From NCBI GenBank assembly GCA_000004985.1, contig GG738927.1: a stretch of 64,000 nucleotides of DNA. One strand, written 5' to 3'. The notes under the pieces are model-generated. The model was not told the origin of the DNA. It searched no databases and saw nothing but the letters and a program-made list of their open reading frames with translations. This DNA is from Naegleria gruberi. Lineage: Eukaryota. The translations under genes and the position numbers were made by a program. Of the stretch, positions 22,583 through 33,852 are shown in pieces. The stretch's first letter is position 1. Each line of letters begins with the position of its first letter.

Positions 22583-23021
22583 TTTTTTTTGTGTTTTTTT
22601 TAATTTTCAAATTTTTATTCGTTTAAACTCCTGAATGGATTTAATGAGGAGGAGTTTTGTGGGGAATTTTTGGAGTTATTTTGATGAGAAGGTGGCAGGT
22701 TTTTAAACTCCTGTGTTGGGACAGAGATGGATGAAATATTGATTTTGCTTGAATTGATTTTTATCAAAACACTTTACAATCAATGAAAATAGTTAAAGAA
22801 ATAGAATCTCAATATCCAAACACATTAATAACACAATTTTTCAACTAAAAACAATGGAGTCCATGCTGTTCGGTACCCATTCTTCCCTCAGAGTGAGTAC
22901 TTTCAGTCTCCTTCCATAGTAAATTATATGTTCGTACATATTGGAGGAGATTTTAAATACTCTCATTCCAAATGAGTATGAACAATAAAAGAGTCGTTGT
23001 TATTAAATCTCAAAAAAGAAA

Positions 23022-24794
23022 ATGCAACAAACTACATCAACTCTAATTACTGAATTAGCATCCAACTCCGAAAATGATGAAAATTTAAATTCTTTGAATG
23101 AAAAACAAAATGATAGAGTTGAAAATTTATCGAATTTATCACCAATTTCGTGTATTTGCTGTAGAAAGGCACATAAAAAGTGTGATAGACAACTGCCAAC
23201 TTGTTCAAAATGTATTCAGAGAGGAATTGCATGTGCTGTACGTTTACAACACTTTAAACACTTTAAAATATTTAAATGTTTAATATGAATTGAATATCTG
23301 AATAGTATAATGAACCTAAAAAGAGAGGAAAGGCAGCAGAGGCTTACCAACAGCGAAAAAAGAGAAAGGAACAAGATTTAGATGAGCTAGCTGCCAATGT
23401 CATTCATTATTTCTATACTTTCATAAGTGGAGGACATCCTGTCATTAGAAAACCCAAATTTGAATATTTTGTGAATCATTACTTGGCCCAATTGGAAAAT
23501 AACAATGAATTTGTATTAATTCCCAATGATTACATATCGAATATTGAAGAATTACAATGTATCTATTTATTTTACTTATCCATCAAGTCAATTTATTATC
23601 AATTGAATACAGAATTGGAATTGGCAAGTGACAGTATGAAAAATTGTGAGGAACTTTATTCAAAATTGGTTACAAAATCATTCATGAACTTTTATTTCAA
23701 TGCTGCTTGTCAATTTATTTCATTATATTATAGTGGAATTGGAGATTTTGTAAAAGTGAGATTTTACATTGCCATTGTAAAGTTTTATTTGAGTGAGAGG
23801 AAGGAATTTACTGATTTATATGAAAAGAATTTGGAGAGAAAGATTGTTTTTCAAAACAAGTCATCAAATGATCTCATTGATGGATTTTCTGCATTTATAG
23901 AAAATATGCCAAAAATATTTGAAGTGACAGTTGGTCAAAATTTGGAAAATTTACTCATTCCTGGGGCTTTGGAGTATTTGAGAACGGCTTCAGTCACAAC
24001 AGAGAATTACTGCTTTTTCAAACAGGTTGTGGATTTTGTTTTTAAAGTAGTTGGACAGTACAGAGTGGATTTATTCAAACAAATGATTGATTGTCATTCT
24101 GAAACATTCTTCAAATTTGAAAAACTGCACAGAAATTTAATTTATTATGGATTCCAGTTGTTTTTCCTGAGTCGATTACCTGCATTTTCACCTCAACTGG
24201 AAGAGGTTGCTCTGAAATTATCATGCTTGACAGAACATGAATATTTCAAGTATGTTTCAACAATCATTTAATTAACCAAATGATTAACGTTTATATCGTG
24301 ACAGGTATTCTGTTCCTGAGGTGATACCATGTGTGAGTGAGTGTGCAAAAATTCATTTACAAGTCATTCGACAAATTGAATCAAGAAAACGAGCAAATAA
24401 TATGCCATTCATAACTTCAAATGGAAAGGTTCTGACCATTGATTATTATTCGATACTGGAACGAGATTATAATGCTCTCAAATCACTAGAGAAACGATAT
24501 CCCCGAGTGAGGAATTCTTTTGGATCTTTGATCAATGAAATTCAAACAATTTTGAATAATCATGATAACCAAGGTGAGATGGCTCCGATCGAACCAAATC
24601 CCATTCTTTTCAATAAGCAAACCATTGATGATTCTTCGGATTTTGTTTCATCACCCAATTCCAACATATTGGCTGAAGATTTGAGATGGAAATCTTTATT
24701 GAAATATTTAGAAGCCATCAGGGAAAGATTGGGTGATGACAGTGGAAGTAGCAGTGGAGATTCTAGTTTTGATTTTGATCAATTTTTTGATTAG
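23022..24794 (+). CDS. Zn(II)2Cys6 binuclear-cluster transcription factor, paralogue C; join(23022..23237,23306..24249,24305..24794), 549 aa
   Basis: Exon 1 has CICCRKAHKKCDRQLPTCSKCIQRGIAC. Donor GTACGT at 23238. Acceptor AATAG|TATAATGAACCTAAAAAGAGAGGAAAGGC at 23306. Exon 2 ends ...EYFK with GTATGT donor in phase 2. Exon 3 from 24305 (YSVPEV...). Lengths sum to 1650 nt, in frame. C-terminal WKSLLKYLEAI...FDFDQFFD motif. Confidence 0.75.
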
Positions 24795-25043
24795 CATGTT
24801 CCGTTATCATTGTGATCCTGAACATGTTCATGTAATCATCATGTTTTCGATCAAGATATTCAAAAGAAGGAATATAAATTTGTTTATTATGTATATTATT
24901 TTAATGTTATTTTGTATATTATGTATATTATTGTTTGTTGAATTGTATATTATGTATATTGTTGTTTTGTTAATATTATGTACATTAGTTGATTAAGGTT
25001 TTAGGAATTTGTAAATTTAAAGATAATTTAAGAAGAGGAAAAC

Positions 25044-25976
25044 TCATTCCATCCACTTCCATATATGCAAGGAAGATTCTCCTGGATACTTCATTCTCTT
25101 TCTACTCTTCTTCTCTTTAAATCTACTCTTGTTGATCAATTCAATCTTTTTGCTATCTTCTGAAGTAACAAGGACTGATTTTCTTTGTTTGAATACATGT
25201 TCTGGTTTTACAATCTTGTTAATATTATATACATTAGTTGATTGAGTTTTTAACTGAATCCTAATATTTGATGCAGCATCCACTGACTTTGGAGAGCTCA
25301 ATTCTTCACCTGATTGATTAGATGCAGATTCATAGGAAGCATCCGTATTAAACGGACTAGTAGTACTCCTGGTTGATAATGTAGATGTAACACTGCTGGA
25401 TGTTGATGTTGGACTACAACTTCCCTTAATGTTACATTCATTGAACAAATCTGTCCAAGATGTTAACATGTCATTAACATCCAATCTTAACATTGGTTGT
25501 TGTTGGCTTTCAATGTCAACAGATGGTTCAATGTTCAGCATGGAATCATCATGTTCCTTCTCTTCTGGGAGGATAACGGATTGGAATGGATAATAAGAGT
25601 TGAGGAATTGTTGTTGAATGGATGAGTAATCAATAGATGCATCTACAGGAATAACGGATGGTGAAGTTACATTCATCATGGCATGAACATTCATATCACT
25701 TAATGAATTTACATGATTAAGGGAATTCATTAAGGTGGTGGAGTAGGCCGTTGGTGATTGTGGACTAACGGCTGAGCTTGATGTGCAAGTGGTCGTCAAG
25801 CCGTGATGAAGATAATTAAATGTACCTGCTGATGCTGCTATTGGGAGAGTAAGAGGTGTAGTAGTAGGGGAGGTTGGAGGAGTTGGAAGGAAACATGATG
25901 ATTGTGCTGCTACTGCCATTTGGTTTAATAGTAGGGCAAAAGAATCATGAGGAAGCACATAAATAATAGGATTCAT
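25044..25976 (-). CDS. Hypothetical Ser/Thr/Pro-rich protein with basic C-terminal K-x-PGES...W-x-W motif (paralogue of 34646..35161)
   Basis: 310-aa ORF. Low-complexity S/T/P-rich body. Conserved RLDVNDMLTSW segment and C-terminus KKSRKRMKYPGESSLHIWKWME, both echoed in the gene at 34646..35161 (RLDIEDLLREY; RRRKSKLPGESEFKLWTWI). Confidence 0.45.
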   Translation of the reverse strand: MNPIIYVLPHDSFALLLNQMAVAAQSSCFLPTPPTSPTTTPLTLPIAASAGTFNYLHHGLTTTCTSSSAVSPQSPTAYSTTLMNSLNHVNSLSDMNVHAMMNVTSPSVIPVDASIDYSSIQQQFLNSYYPFQSVILPEEKEHDDSMLNIEPSVDIESQQQPMLRLDVNDMLTSWTDLFNECNIKGSCSPTSTSSSVTSTLSTRSTTSPFNTDASYESASNQSGEELSSPKSVDAASNIRIQLKTQSTNVYNINKIVKPEHVFKQRKSVLVTSEDSKKIELINKSRFKEKKSRKRMKYPGESSLHIWKWME

Positions 25977-27333
25977 TCAGTTAGGGGAGGTTTCTAGTTA
26001 ATTTTTTTAACAAATTTTTCTCTGTGCGAGATAACTGATTACAGTAAGCGTCATCCAAATATGTAAAACGATTAAGGTAGATTTGGTCCCCACCCAAAGA
26101 TTGAGTAAGATCGCATTCAAATGTACGTACGTTTAACGAGATGGTCACTTGATACAAATATCGGTTGGATAGTATTGATTGTATTAAATTTGTCTGTTAT
26201 TATTATTATTATTGAAGAACGTTTGTGTTAAATCAAGTGTGAAAAGATTAGTGAAAGGAATAAATTCACACACGCAGCTTAATGTTGTTTTTTTTGAATC
26301 TGGGACGGAGATCTTCTCTATCAAATTGGAACAATTTTCAATGTGTGTCACACCTTACCAAGCAGGTAGCAAGTTGAAGTGTTCAGGAGCATATTTAGTC
26401 AATTGTTTAATTCCGTAAGATACTCCTCAACTAACAGATAACCACCACTGAGAGATACGCTAAATATCCAATTGCAACCTTAAAGAGCTCTTTCAGGAAA
26501 AGTATCTCGATGATGCATATTTTCGCCACTATTCAAGTTTGGAAACATTGTTTCTTGGTATAATGCTCAAATCCTTGCTATCTCTCGCCCTTAATAGTAT
26601 GTTAAAAAAAAATCTTCTGGAATATCTTTACGTTGCGTGTGAAAAATTCAAAATGTTTGGAGTGCATGGTGTGATTACAATATCAACAACAGGATATGGG
26701 ATGGGAGTATGCATGAATATGGGTCGTGGATTGTCGATAAGGGTAGGACCATTGCCATCCTCTAATTGGTGTGAGCTGAGTTTGTAATGTAATTGTATCA
26801 GTTTGTTACAAACGTATATTGCATCGTAATATATCAATGGAGTGGCAGTTAATGTTTCAGTTACATGAATTGTATACACAACAATTGAGTGTACGTTCCG
26901 TTTCAACTTGCTTCTCTTTTATATTTTAAAATTAACCTTATCAGTTTAGCGTGATGATCAATAATAGTAACACACCTCATCTTGTTGTTGAACTTTCAGG
27001 AGAGAATTGCTGTATGATTGTATGAGTTTAGTTCTTATAATTACCTTAAAGGTGAACCCTCAATAGTGTTGTCATTCAAGGAAATGGTCAGTACTGCAAA
27101 AATTAGAGATATAGTTAACCTATGAGGATTTATACAACAATGATGTACTCTCAAAAGTTGGTTTATACAATAACTGAATGAAATCTGATCTTCCAATGCA
27201 AACAATTCATGCCTACTCGAACGAGTGTTATGAGTTATAGGTTTGCACTGAGTAGAAGATGCCATTGAGCAGCGAAGTGTTAAATGTCCTAAAATCTAGT
27301 TATATATGGTGTGAAAAATCTAAGGAATTGTGT

Positions 27334-29712
27334 TTAATTCCAGTCTTCTTGATCTTCATAGATTGTTTCTGGTTCGTCATCTTCAAAGGTTGGGATTGGT
27401 GAGGTTGGTGTTGATTCGTCTGGTAAATGAATGACCTTGAATAGAATCTTTGGTGTTTCACTAATTTCTATAAATGAATGTCTTGCTAGCTTACCAATCT
27501 TGGTAATGATAAAGCTTCTCAACTTTTTCGATTTGATTGATAATTTTGATTTAAGCTCCTTGATAGAATAAACTAGGAAATGCTTCAAGTGATCCATTTG
27601 CTCCTGTAAGATTATGCTAAAATAGCTCATATCCCAAATTTTGATTGATTGTAATTGTGTCATACCAGTTAAATCAACTTCAGCTCCTTCAATGTTACAT
27701 CTATTCATTTCCAATATTTTGAGATTGGGTATTTGTACAAACTTGAATTTGTGTGGACCTTTCAAATATAAATATTGCAGTGATGTGAAAGAGTGTAAAC
27801 TCAATGCTCTCTGATTGTAGACGAGAGAGTTAATATTGGAGACAAGGTTGAATTTCTTGGAGAAAATATCGTGAAGTAAATCCTCAGTGACTGGAGTAAG
27901 TTGTGTATCAATATTGTAAACGTAATCTTCATGAACCACAATCTTCAAGTTCTTCAGGTTGGAGAATTGAGAGAGGAATGCACAAAACTTTCCAGAAATT
28001 CTCGCCAAGTCATCTTGTTCGTGTTGTTGTAAAAATAGAGATGGAACTGACACTGATGAAAGTGAAAGTTTAGCTGTCTCGTCAAGATGAATGTTATGGC
28101 AAAATTCAAACTTTTCCACTCTAGACGCAATCAATTCAAGGTTTGAAATATTTCCTGAAATGTGTATGTGAGTCTTGGAAGATTTTGAATAGTCAATATC
28201 TAAATCGTTGCATTTACCAACATCCACATACACAGAAGTTTCTTGGTTAAGGGATTCGTTGAAATTCAGTCCAATTCTCTTTACATTTCTTCCTTTGATG
28301 GTGGCTTTACTACCAATATTATAAACAGTTAATTGAATTGGACAATCTTCAATATAGAGTTCAGCGTCGGATCTAATATTGAGAGCTTTCATTCGATTCA
28401 ATTTCTTTTTGAGAATCAACTCGGGTACTTGTTTTTCCTTTTGTTTCTTTGTCTGCACCTCTGATGGTAGCGAGCTAAATAGTACTGTCTTTAATTTTTC
28501 GTGCTTATTCATCCAAAAGTTGAATAGAGTCTTTTGATCCGTTAAAGAATTCCCAAAAGTATCATAATAAAAGCATTCCAAATTTGGGAATGGTTTTTGG
28601 TTTTCTGTTATCACACAAGAAATTTGTAAATCCAACTTCTTGAGTTTAGGTAGTAAAATACCATTGAAACAAACAGAAAAGGTTACCTCTTCAAAAAAAC
28701 CTCCAACATTAATATTATCCATCACCGTCAAATCTGAAACAGAATGAGGCACTACAAAAATCTTATAATCACCTGTATACCTTTTGGCGTTTGGATTATT
28801 TTCTAACTGAACCGAACAACAAGTTTGCAAGCATAACCGTTTGAGAACTGTTAAATTTGGTGCCAATTTGTTCCAATTCTCCAATGATTTGTGTTGGGTA
28901 TTATCAATACCAATATTTTTGAGTTTTGGTGCTATACATAAAAGCGACTCGTATAATTCGTCCGTAATAGATAAGCATTCCGAACATAATTCAACAGTTT
29001 CTAATTTCGATAAATTTTTACAACTCTCAACAAAATTCTTAATAAATGATTCCCTTGGAACTTTTGCCTCTTTTGGCATGTCCAAAGCTATCTTTCTCAA
29101 ATTACTTCCAACTGGAGTGTGAATAATAGAGTGTGGATCCACAAATCCATCGAAAATATCCAAACTATCTAAATGGGAGAAGGATATCTTGGATTTTTCA
29201 ATAAATGTCTCCATTCTCAATTTTACATCAACCGGATACATTAATAGGTAAGACAACATGGTAGTATTTTCGGACCATAATTTCATAATTTCATCAGGTG
29301 AATCATCCACAGGTATTGGTATTTCTAATTTTCTAATCAATGACAAGTCGCAAAACGACTGCAACCACATGATGTATTCTTTTGTAATTTCCTTCAACAA
29401 CGAATAATAATAATTTCCATTTTCCTGATCCACAGAACAATTAGAAAATTCCTTTTCGCAATCAAAAACCAAAGGAAAATCTTCCACAAAATAGGTTGAT
29501 ACAAAAACTGTAAATCTAGCAAAGACCGAACTCCAAAAAAACGAATTATTTCTCATCCTCTCTCTCAATGCTCTATTTGTATGAGAAATAGCCAACAAGT
29601 CATTAAACCCAGTCACTTTCCTTGTCTCGGCACTCGGTAATAAATAATAGAAAATATGGTCAAATATTTCATAAGGTAAATCCTCTATGCTAAATTGTGT
29701 CATTTTTTTCAA
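27334..29712 (-). CDS. F-box-like N-terminus plus degenerate leucine-rich-repeat protein, 792 aa
   Basis: N-terminal FSIEDLPYEIFDHIFYYLLP (F-box-like LP.EI...IF..L). Long C-terminal region with irregular L-x-x-L-x-L repeats (LKNIGIDNT..., LTVLKRLCLQTCCSVQLENN...). Single ORF. Confidence 0.55.
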   Translation of the reverse strand: MKKMTQFSIEDLPYEIFDHIFYYLLPSAETRKVTGFNDLLAISHTNRALRERMRNNSFFWSSVFARFTVFVSTYFVEDFPLVFDCEKEFSNCSVDQENGNYYYSLLKEITKEYIMWLQSFCDLSLIRKLEIPIPVDDSPDEIMKLWSENTTMLSYLLMYPVDVKLRMETFIEKSKISFSHLDSLDIFDGFVDPHSIIHTPVGSNLRKIALDMPKEAKVPRESFIKNFVESCKNLSKLETVELCSECLSITDELYESLLCIAPKLKNIGIDNTQHKSLENWNKLAPNLTVLKRLCLQTCCSVQLENNPNAKRYTGDYKIFVVPHSVSDLTVMDNINVGGFFEEVTFSVCFNGILLPKLKKLDLQISCVITENQKPFPNLECFYYDTFGNSLTDQKTLFNFWMNKHEKLKTVLFSSLPSEVQTKKQKEKQVPELILKKKLNRMKALNIRSDAELYIEDCPIQLTVYNIGSKATIKGRNVKRIGLNFNESLNQETSVYVDVGKCNDLDIDYSKSSKTHIHISGNISNLELIASRVEKFEFCHNIHLDETAKLSLSSVSVPSLFLQQHEQDDLARISGKFCAFLSQFSNLKNLKIVVHEDYVYNIDTQLTPVTEDLLHDIFSKKFNLVSNINSLVYNQRALSLHSFTSLQYLYLKGPHKFKFVQIPNLKILEMNRCNIEGAEVDLTGMTQLQSIKIWDMSYFSIILQEQMDHLKHFLVYSIKELKSKLSIKSKKLRSFIITKIGKLARHSFIEISETPKILFKVIHLPDESTPTSPIPTFEDDEPETIYEDQEDWN

Positions 29713-30285
29713 TGTTTTTCATGATTTTTGCAAACCTTTATTTTCTAAATTTCCATCCTTGTGTGATGTTGGTTGTTAAATTTCTTTCCTCAATAATATA
29801 ACACAACATGTCTAGATGAATTGATGATCGGGTAGTAAATAGATATACCCAGAGAATGCATTCCGAGACAAGCTTGAATGTTCTTATTTTACAGTAAATA
29901 ATTTCTTAGTATTCAGATACTAACGATCATACAACATGAACTGTCCGCATTGTTGTAGCTGCCTTAAGTTCGGTTTACGAATCATGCTAAGGTAATAGAA
30001 TAATCAATGCACTTAATTGAGAGTCGTTGAAAAGGAATATTGAGTTTCATGTGTTCTAATATCGAGAGCTTTGTGATCCAAGAAATAAAAAATTGGTACC
30101 TACTCTCCCCTAGGCTTTGAAATAATTCCATCATCAATTTGTTTTTAATATATTAAAATTGAACACAAGGATATTGGAAATTTCATCTAGGAGAATCCTA
30201 CTAGATAATCATTTAAAAGAGAGTGTAACAATATTAAATTTTGAAACTCTACATCATCTATTCAATTTGTAAATAATACTTTTGG

Positions 30286-31047
30286 ATGAGAAGGAATCAA
30301 GAAGACTCGGATGTTGAATTGAGTGTTAGATCAGAGGTCTCCTCTGTAACTAGTCTAGGAACAGCAATGATTGCTGAAGAACAAGAGGAAAGTAGGAAGG
30401 AATGTAAACGAAAGTCTATCTTTTTATGCATATTCACAGCCTTCTTCCTAATGCTAGTCATTCCACAGTTGAGTTTATTCATTTACTTTTACTTGACCGT
30501 TGATAGTGATCCATCATTGGCCAATGATCCGAATGCTCTAGTTTTTCGACATTCTAATTGTTGTACAATAGAAAATAGTTTTGTAGATTGTTTTACAAGT
30601 CTGAAGGATACATTCTGTTCCTTCAATATTACATTCCCTGTGCAAGGGTTTGATGAGGATAGTGACCCAGATGCAATTAATGATTGTGTAATTGCTCCTA
30701 ACACAACTTTTAGAACACGAACTGATAGTATTACATACAAGATGAATGTTGGTTCCGAAGATTACATCAAGTATGCAACTAATATGCAAAACAGAACCAA
30801 AATTGAAAACATTTCATGTTACACAGATAGGACAGAGTCTTATGTGAGTGTAAATTCCATATCTAGGCTATATAATTCATACTATTTTGCAATGATTGCC
30901 ATGGGTATTCTAATGTCTGGTTTTTGTTTGGCTATTATAATTGGATGGATGGTCATTCCCTTCATCAATTTGAAAAGAGATGGTCCTAGGAGAAGGAAGA
31001 GAAATAGACAAGCAGCTGCTAATATCATCAATACTGCTAACAGATGA
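30286..31047 (+). CDS. Hypothetical membrane protein with Cys-rich ectodomain and C-terminal TM plus basic tail
   Basis: 253-aa ORF. N-terminal hydrophobic segment (IFLCIFTAFFLMLVIPQLSLFIYFYL), several Cys, second TM (YYFAMIAMGILMSGFCLAIIIGWMVIPFI), RRRKRNRQ tail. No domain recognised. Confidence 0.4.
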   Translation: MRRNQEDSDVELSVRSEVSSVTSLGTAMIAEEQEESRKECKRKSIFLCIFTAFFLMLVIPQLSLFIYFYLTVDSDPSLANDPNALVFRHSNCCTIENSFVDCFTSLKDTFCSFNITFPVQGFDEDSDPDAINDCVIAPNTTFRTRTDSITYKMNVGSEDYIKYATNMQNRTKIENISCYTDRTESYVSVNSISRLYNSYYFAMIAMGILMSGFCLAIIIGWMVIPFINLKRDGPRRRKRNRQAAANIINTANR

Positions 31048-31197
31048 TATGAATAATTATTGTCGAGTATTATCATGGAAGATTAGAGAGAAATATCCTC
31101 AGCGGAGGTTTGCTTTGATTATCTGCGATCAATAAGATTGTTTATCTTTCTTGTGGTTGAACAACTGTTGTGTTTGCAAAGAAGAAAAAACATCATC

Positions 31198-32257
31198 ATG
31201 AGCACACTTAGAGCACTATTATTAGGAGTCTATGGTTATTGGAATTATACAAAAGCTGGATTCGAGAGAAGACTCGGAAGCACCATATCAGATGAATCTG
31301 TAAAGAATGTTGGAACAATGACAAACAAAGTATGCATTGTTACTGGAGCAAATTCTGGTTTAGGTTAGTATTGTTGTTAACTGTTATTATTAACAAGTTG
31401 TATGATTAGGTTATCAGACATCTATTGATTTGGCCAAAAGAGGTTGTACATTGCATTTACTTTGTAGAAATGAAGAAAGAGGAAAGGAGGCAGTTCAAAA
31501 TATCATCAAGGAATCGAATAATGAACAAGTTTATTTACACATTGTGGATATGTCCTCTGTGAAGAGCATTAAACAATTCTTGGATAGTCAAATTGGCAAT
31601 ACAATTCCTAAACTCAATATTCTAGTTAATAATGCTGGAGCTATTGTGGAAAGGATTGATCCAGTGACTAAAACTGCTCAAGTTACCTTGAATGAGAATG
31701 GATATGAAAACAATTTCCTTGTAAATACTATTGGACCATATTACTTGACTAGAGAATTAATTAATTTCATGGAAGAGTCTGCCAAGAAAGACAAGGATGC
31801 AAGTAGAGTTATTTTTGTATCATCTGGTGGAATGCTTACTTCTAGATTGGATTTGAATAATTTACAAAATCAAGGATTTACTGGAGCTTCTGCTTATGCA
31901 CATTGCAAACGTCAATCATGTTGCATTACAGAAGAATGGGCCAAATTACATGACAAATCTCTAATAACATTCAATTCATGCCACCCTGGTTGGGTCGATA
32001 CTCCAGGTTTATCAATATCTCTTCCAACTTTCTATGAGAAATTGAAAGGAAATTTGAGAACATTGGAGCAAGGAGCTGATTGTCAACTCTATTTGGCTGT
32101 CAGTGATGAAGTGAAGGAATCTACAGGTCTCTTTTTCGAAGATCGTAAACCTGTCACTCCTCATTTCACTCTCGCCTTTACTCAAGAATCAGAACAAGAA
32201 CGTAAAGAACTCATCAAGAAGTGTGACTCCATTATCCAAGACTTGATGCTCAAATAA
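31198..32257 (+). CDS. Short-chain dehydrogenase/reductase (retinol-dehydrogenase / DHRS12-like); join(31198..31363,31410..32257), 337 aa
   Basis: Exon 1 ...VCIVTGANSGLG split by a 46-nt intron (GTTAGT...TTAG) in phase 1, continuing GYQTSIDLAKRGCTLHLLCRNEERGKEAV. Further on NNAG and YAHCK (catalytic YxxxK). Start taken at the second in-frame ATG (MSTLRALLL). Confidence 0.75.
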
Positions 32258-32514
32258 ACTTGTACACAAAAGATCTTTTATCAGTTCATTATCTCAATAT
32301 CTTATCTGCATGCGGCAGCACGAACCACCCTCCACGGAGTTGGGATAAACTGAGGAGGATGGAATAATGCAGTATCGAAAAACAGTTCTGCTCCACTACC
32401 TATTCAATATTTCAAAAAGGGTATTGCACCATTCTCTCCACCATGATTCTTCATCATTAAAAAAAAAAGCAAAGACCTGTCATCATCACCTTGCTCTCTT
32501 TAAAAACAGATCCA

Positions 32515-33852
32515 ATGCCAACCTGGAAAGAAAAAGCCAAAATATATTGGAGGTGAGTGTGTTTATAATATCTTTAAATATTTATTGGATTTTTATTCTA
32601 AACATACGATGTGAATGTTGTGAAATGATAAAAGACATCCCGATATTCACGTCTACTGGAGAGCCATCCTTGCCGAATTGCTTGGAACCGCAATTGTAAG
32701 TTATCAACTCGTTGAATTTTAATGGGAGAGAAAATTGATGAAAATCATGCAACTACAACCATGATGGGGTTGTGAATTAAATGATGCCCTTCTTGTAATC
32801 TTCAAAAAATTGCATTTTCATTGCACTGCTACCAATGACTTATAGTTTGTCTTTCTGGGTACTTCGAGTGCTGTGTTTGCCAATAAGAATGAACCAGTAA
32901 CTGTGGCATTGGGACATATTTTCGGATTGTTGGTGTGTATTCACATTTTCGGTCCAATTTCTGGAGCTCACTTTAATTGTGCAGGTTAGTAGTTGTGGGA
33001 TTTATGGATTTATTGATTTGGTTTTTGTTTAATGTTTGATGTGTAATTATTGTGTGAAATAATGAATAATGGATATTTATGGAAATTAATAGTTACTTTT
33101 GGAGCCCTTATTACAAGAAATATTGGTCTTGTATCTGGTATTGTGTATATGATTGCTCAAATTGTTGGAAGTATTGTTGGAGCTGCATTGACCACCTTAA
33201 TTGGTAAAACTGTTGTTCCAGGAATTTTCAAACCACCAGAAGATATTGATGATGCCTGGAGAGGATTTGCATTGGAAATTATCTTGACATTTGTTTTGGT
33301 TTTGGCTATATTTGGTGCTGCTGTCAAACCTCAACATTTCAAGAAATCTAATGGACTTCACTCAATTACTGGTTTGATTGCTGCCTTCCCCATTGCATTT
33401 GCTTTAGGAGCTGGTAAGTATTTGAATAATTTCAATAGTGATGGAATTTAATTTCTAAAGATGCTATGGCTGGTGCCTTAACTGGAGCTTCAATGAATCC
33501 TGCAAGAGCTTTTGTAAGTTTTCACACAAATTTCACAATTTACAAAATTTCCTTAACTTGAATTATTGAAATATTTGCTCAATTTTAACATTTACGAAAA
33601 CAACAGGGTCCACAAGTTGTTGGAGGTGTTTGGTATGCTCATTCATGGATCTATTATACAGCACCATTTATTGGAGCTGCCCTTGGAGCAATTGTTTATG
33701 AATTCTTACTTACCAAACCAAAGAAATTACAACACTACACTTCACTTTTACATATTAATACAAATTATGATGATTCAGATGATGAAAAGGATCAAGAAGA
33801 AGATCTTAGAAGCCAACAAAGCAATGCCTTATTATATACCACTAATCATTAA
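32515..33852 (+). CDS. Aquaporin / major intrinsic protein, 6 exons join(32515..32552,32635..32695,32846..32984,33093..33413,33461..33513,33607..33852), 285 aa; first NPA box reads NCA
   Basis: Exon 2 encodes HPDIHVYWRAILAELLGTAI (classic MIP N-terminus). Exon 3 ...GHIFGLLVCIHIFGPISGAHFNCA. Exon 4 VTFGALITRNIGLVSGIVYMIAQIVGSIVGAAL.... Exon 5 DAMAGALTGASMNPARAF (second NPA box). Exon 6 GPQVVGGVWYAHSWIYYTAPFIGAALGAIVYEF. All introns GTAAGT/GTTAGT...AG with consistent phases. Exon 1 (MPTWKEKAKIYW) is the least certain. Confidence 0.75.

Noticed and set aside
22800-23000. Possible extra 5' exon for Zn2Cys6 gene C
   Set aside because: No in-frame coding potential with a donor site. The ATG at 23022 matches the position and N-terminal style of paralogues A and B.
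24733-24996. 87-aa ORF in the AT-rich 3' flank of Zn2Cys6 gene C
   Set aside because: Lies in (TATATTATGTATATT)n-like microsatellite DNA. The composition is I/L/M/F/Y only, so it is not credible coding sequence.
32367-32699. 110-aa ORF MQYRKTVLLHY... upstream of the aquaporin
   Set aside because: It is in the wrong frame relative to the conserved aquaporin exon 2 (HPDIHVYWRAILAELLGTAI) and has no MIP-like content. The aquaporin 5' exon more plausibly starts at ATG 32515 and splices at 32552/32635.
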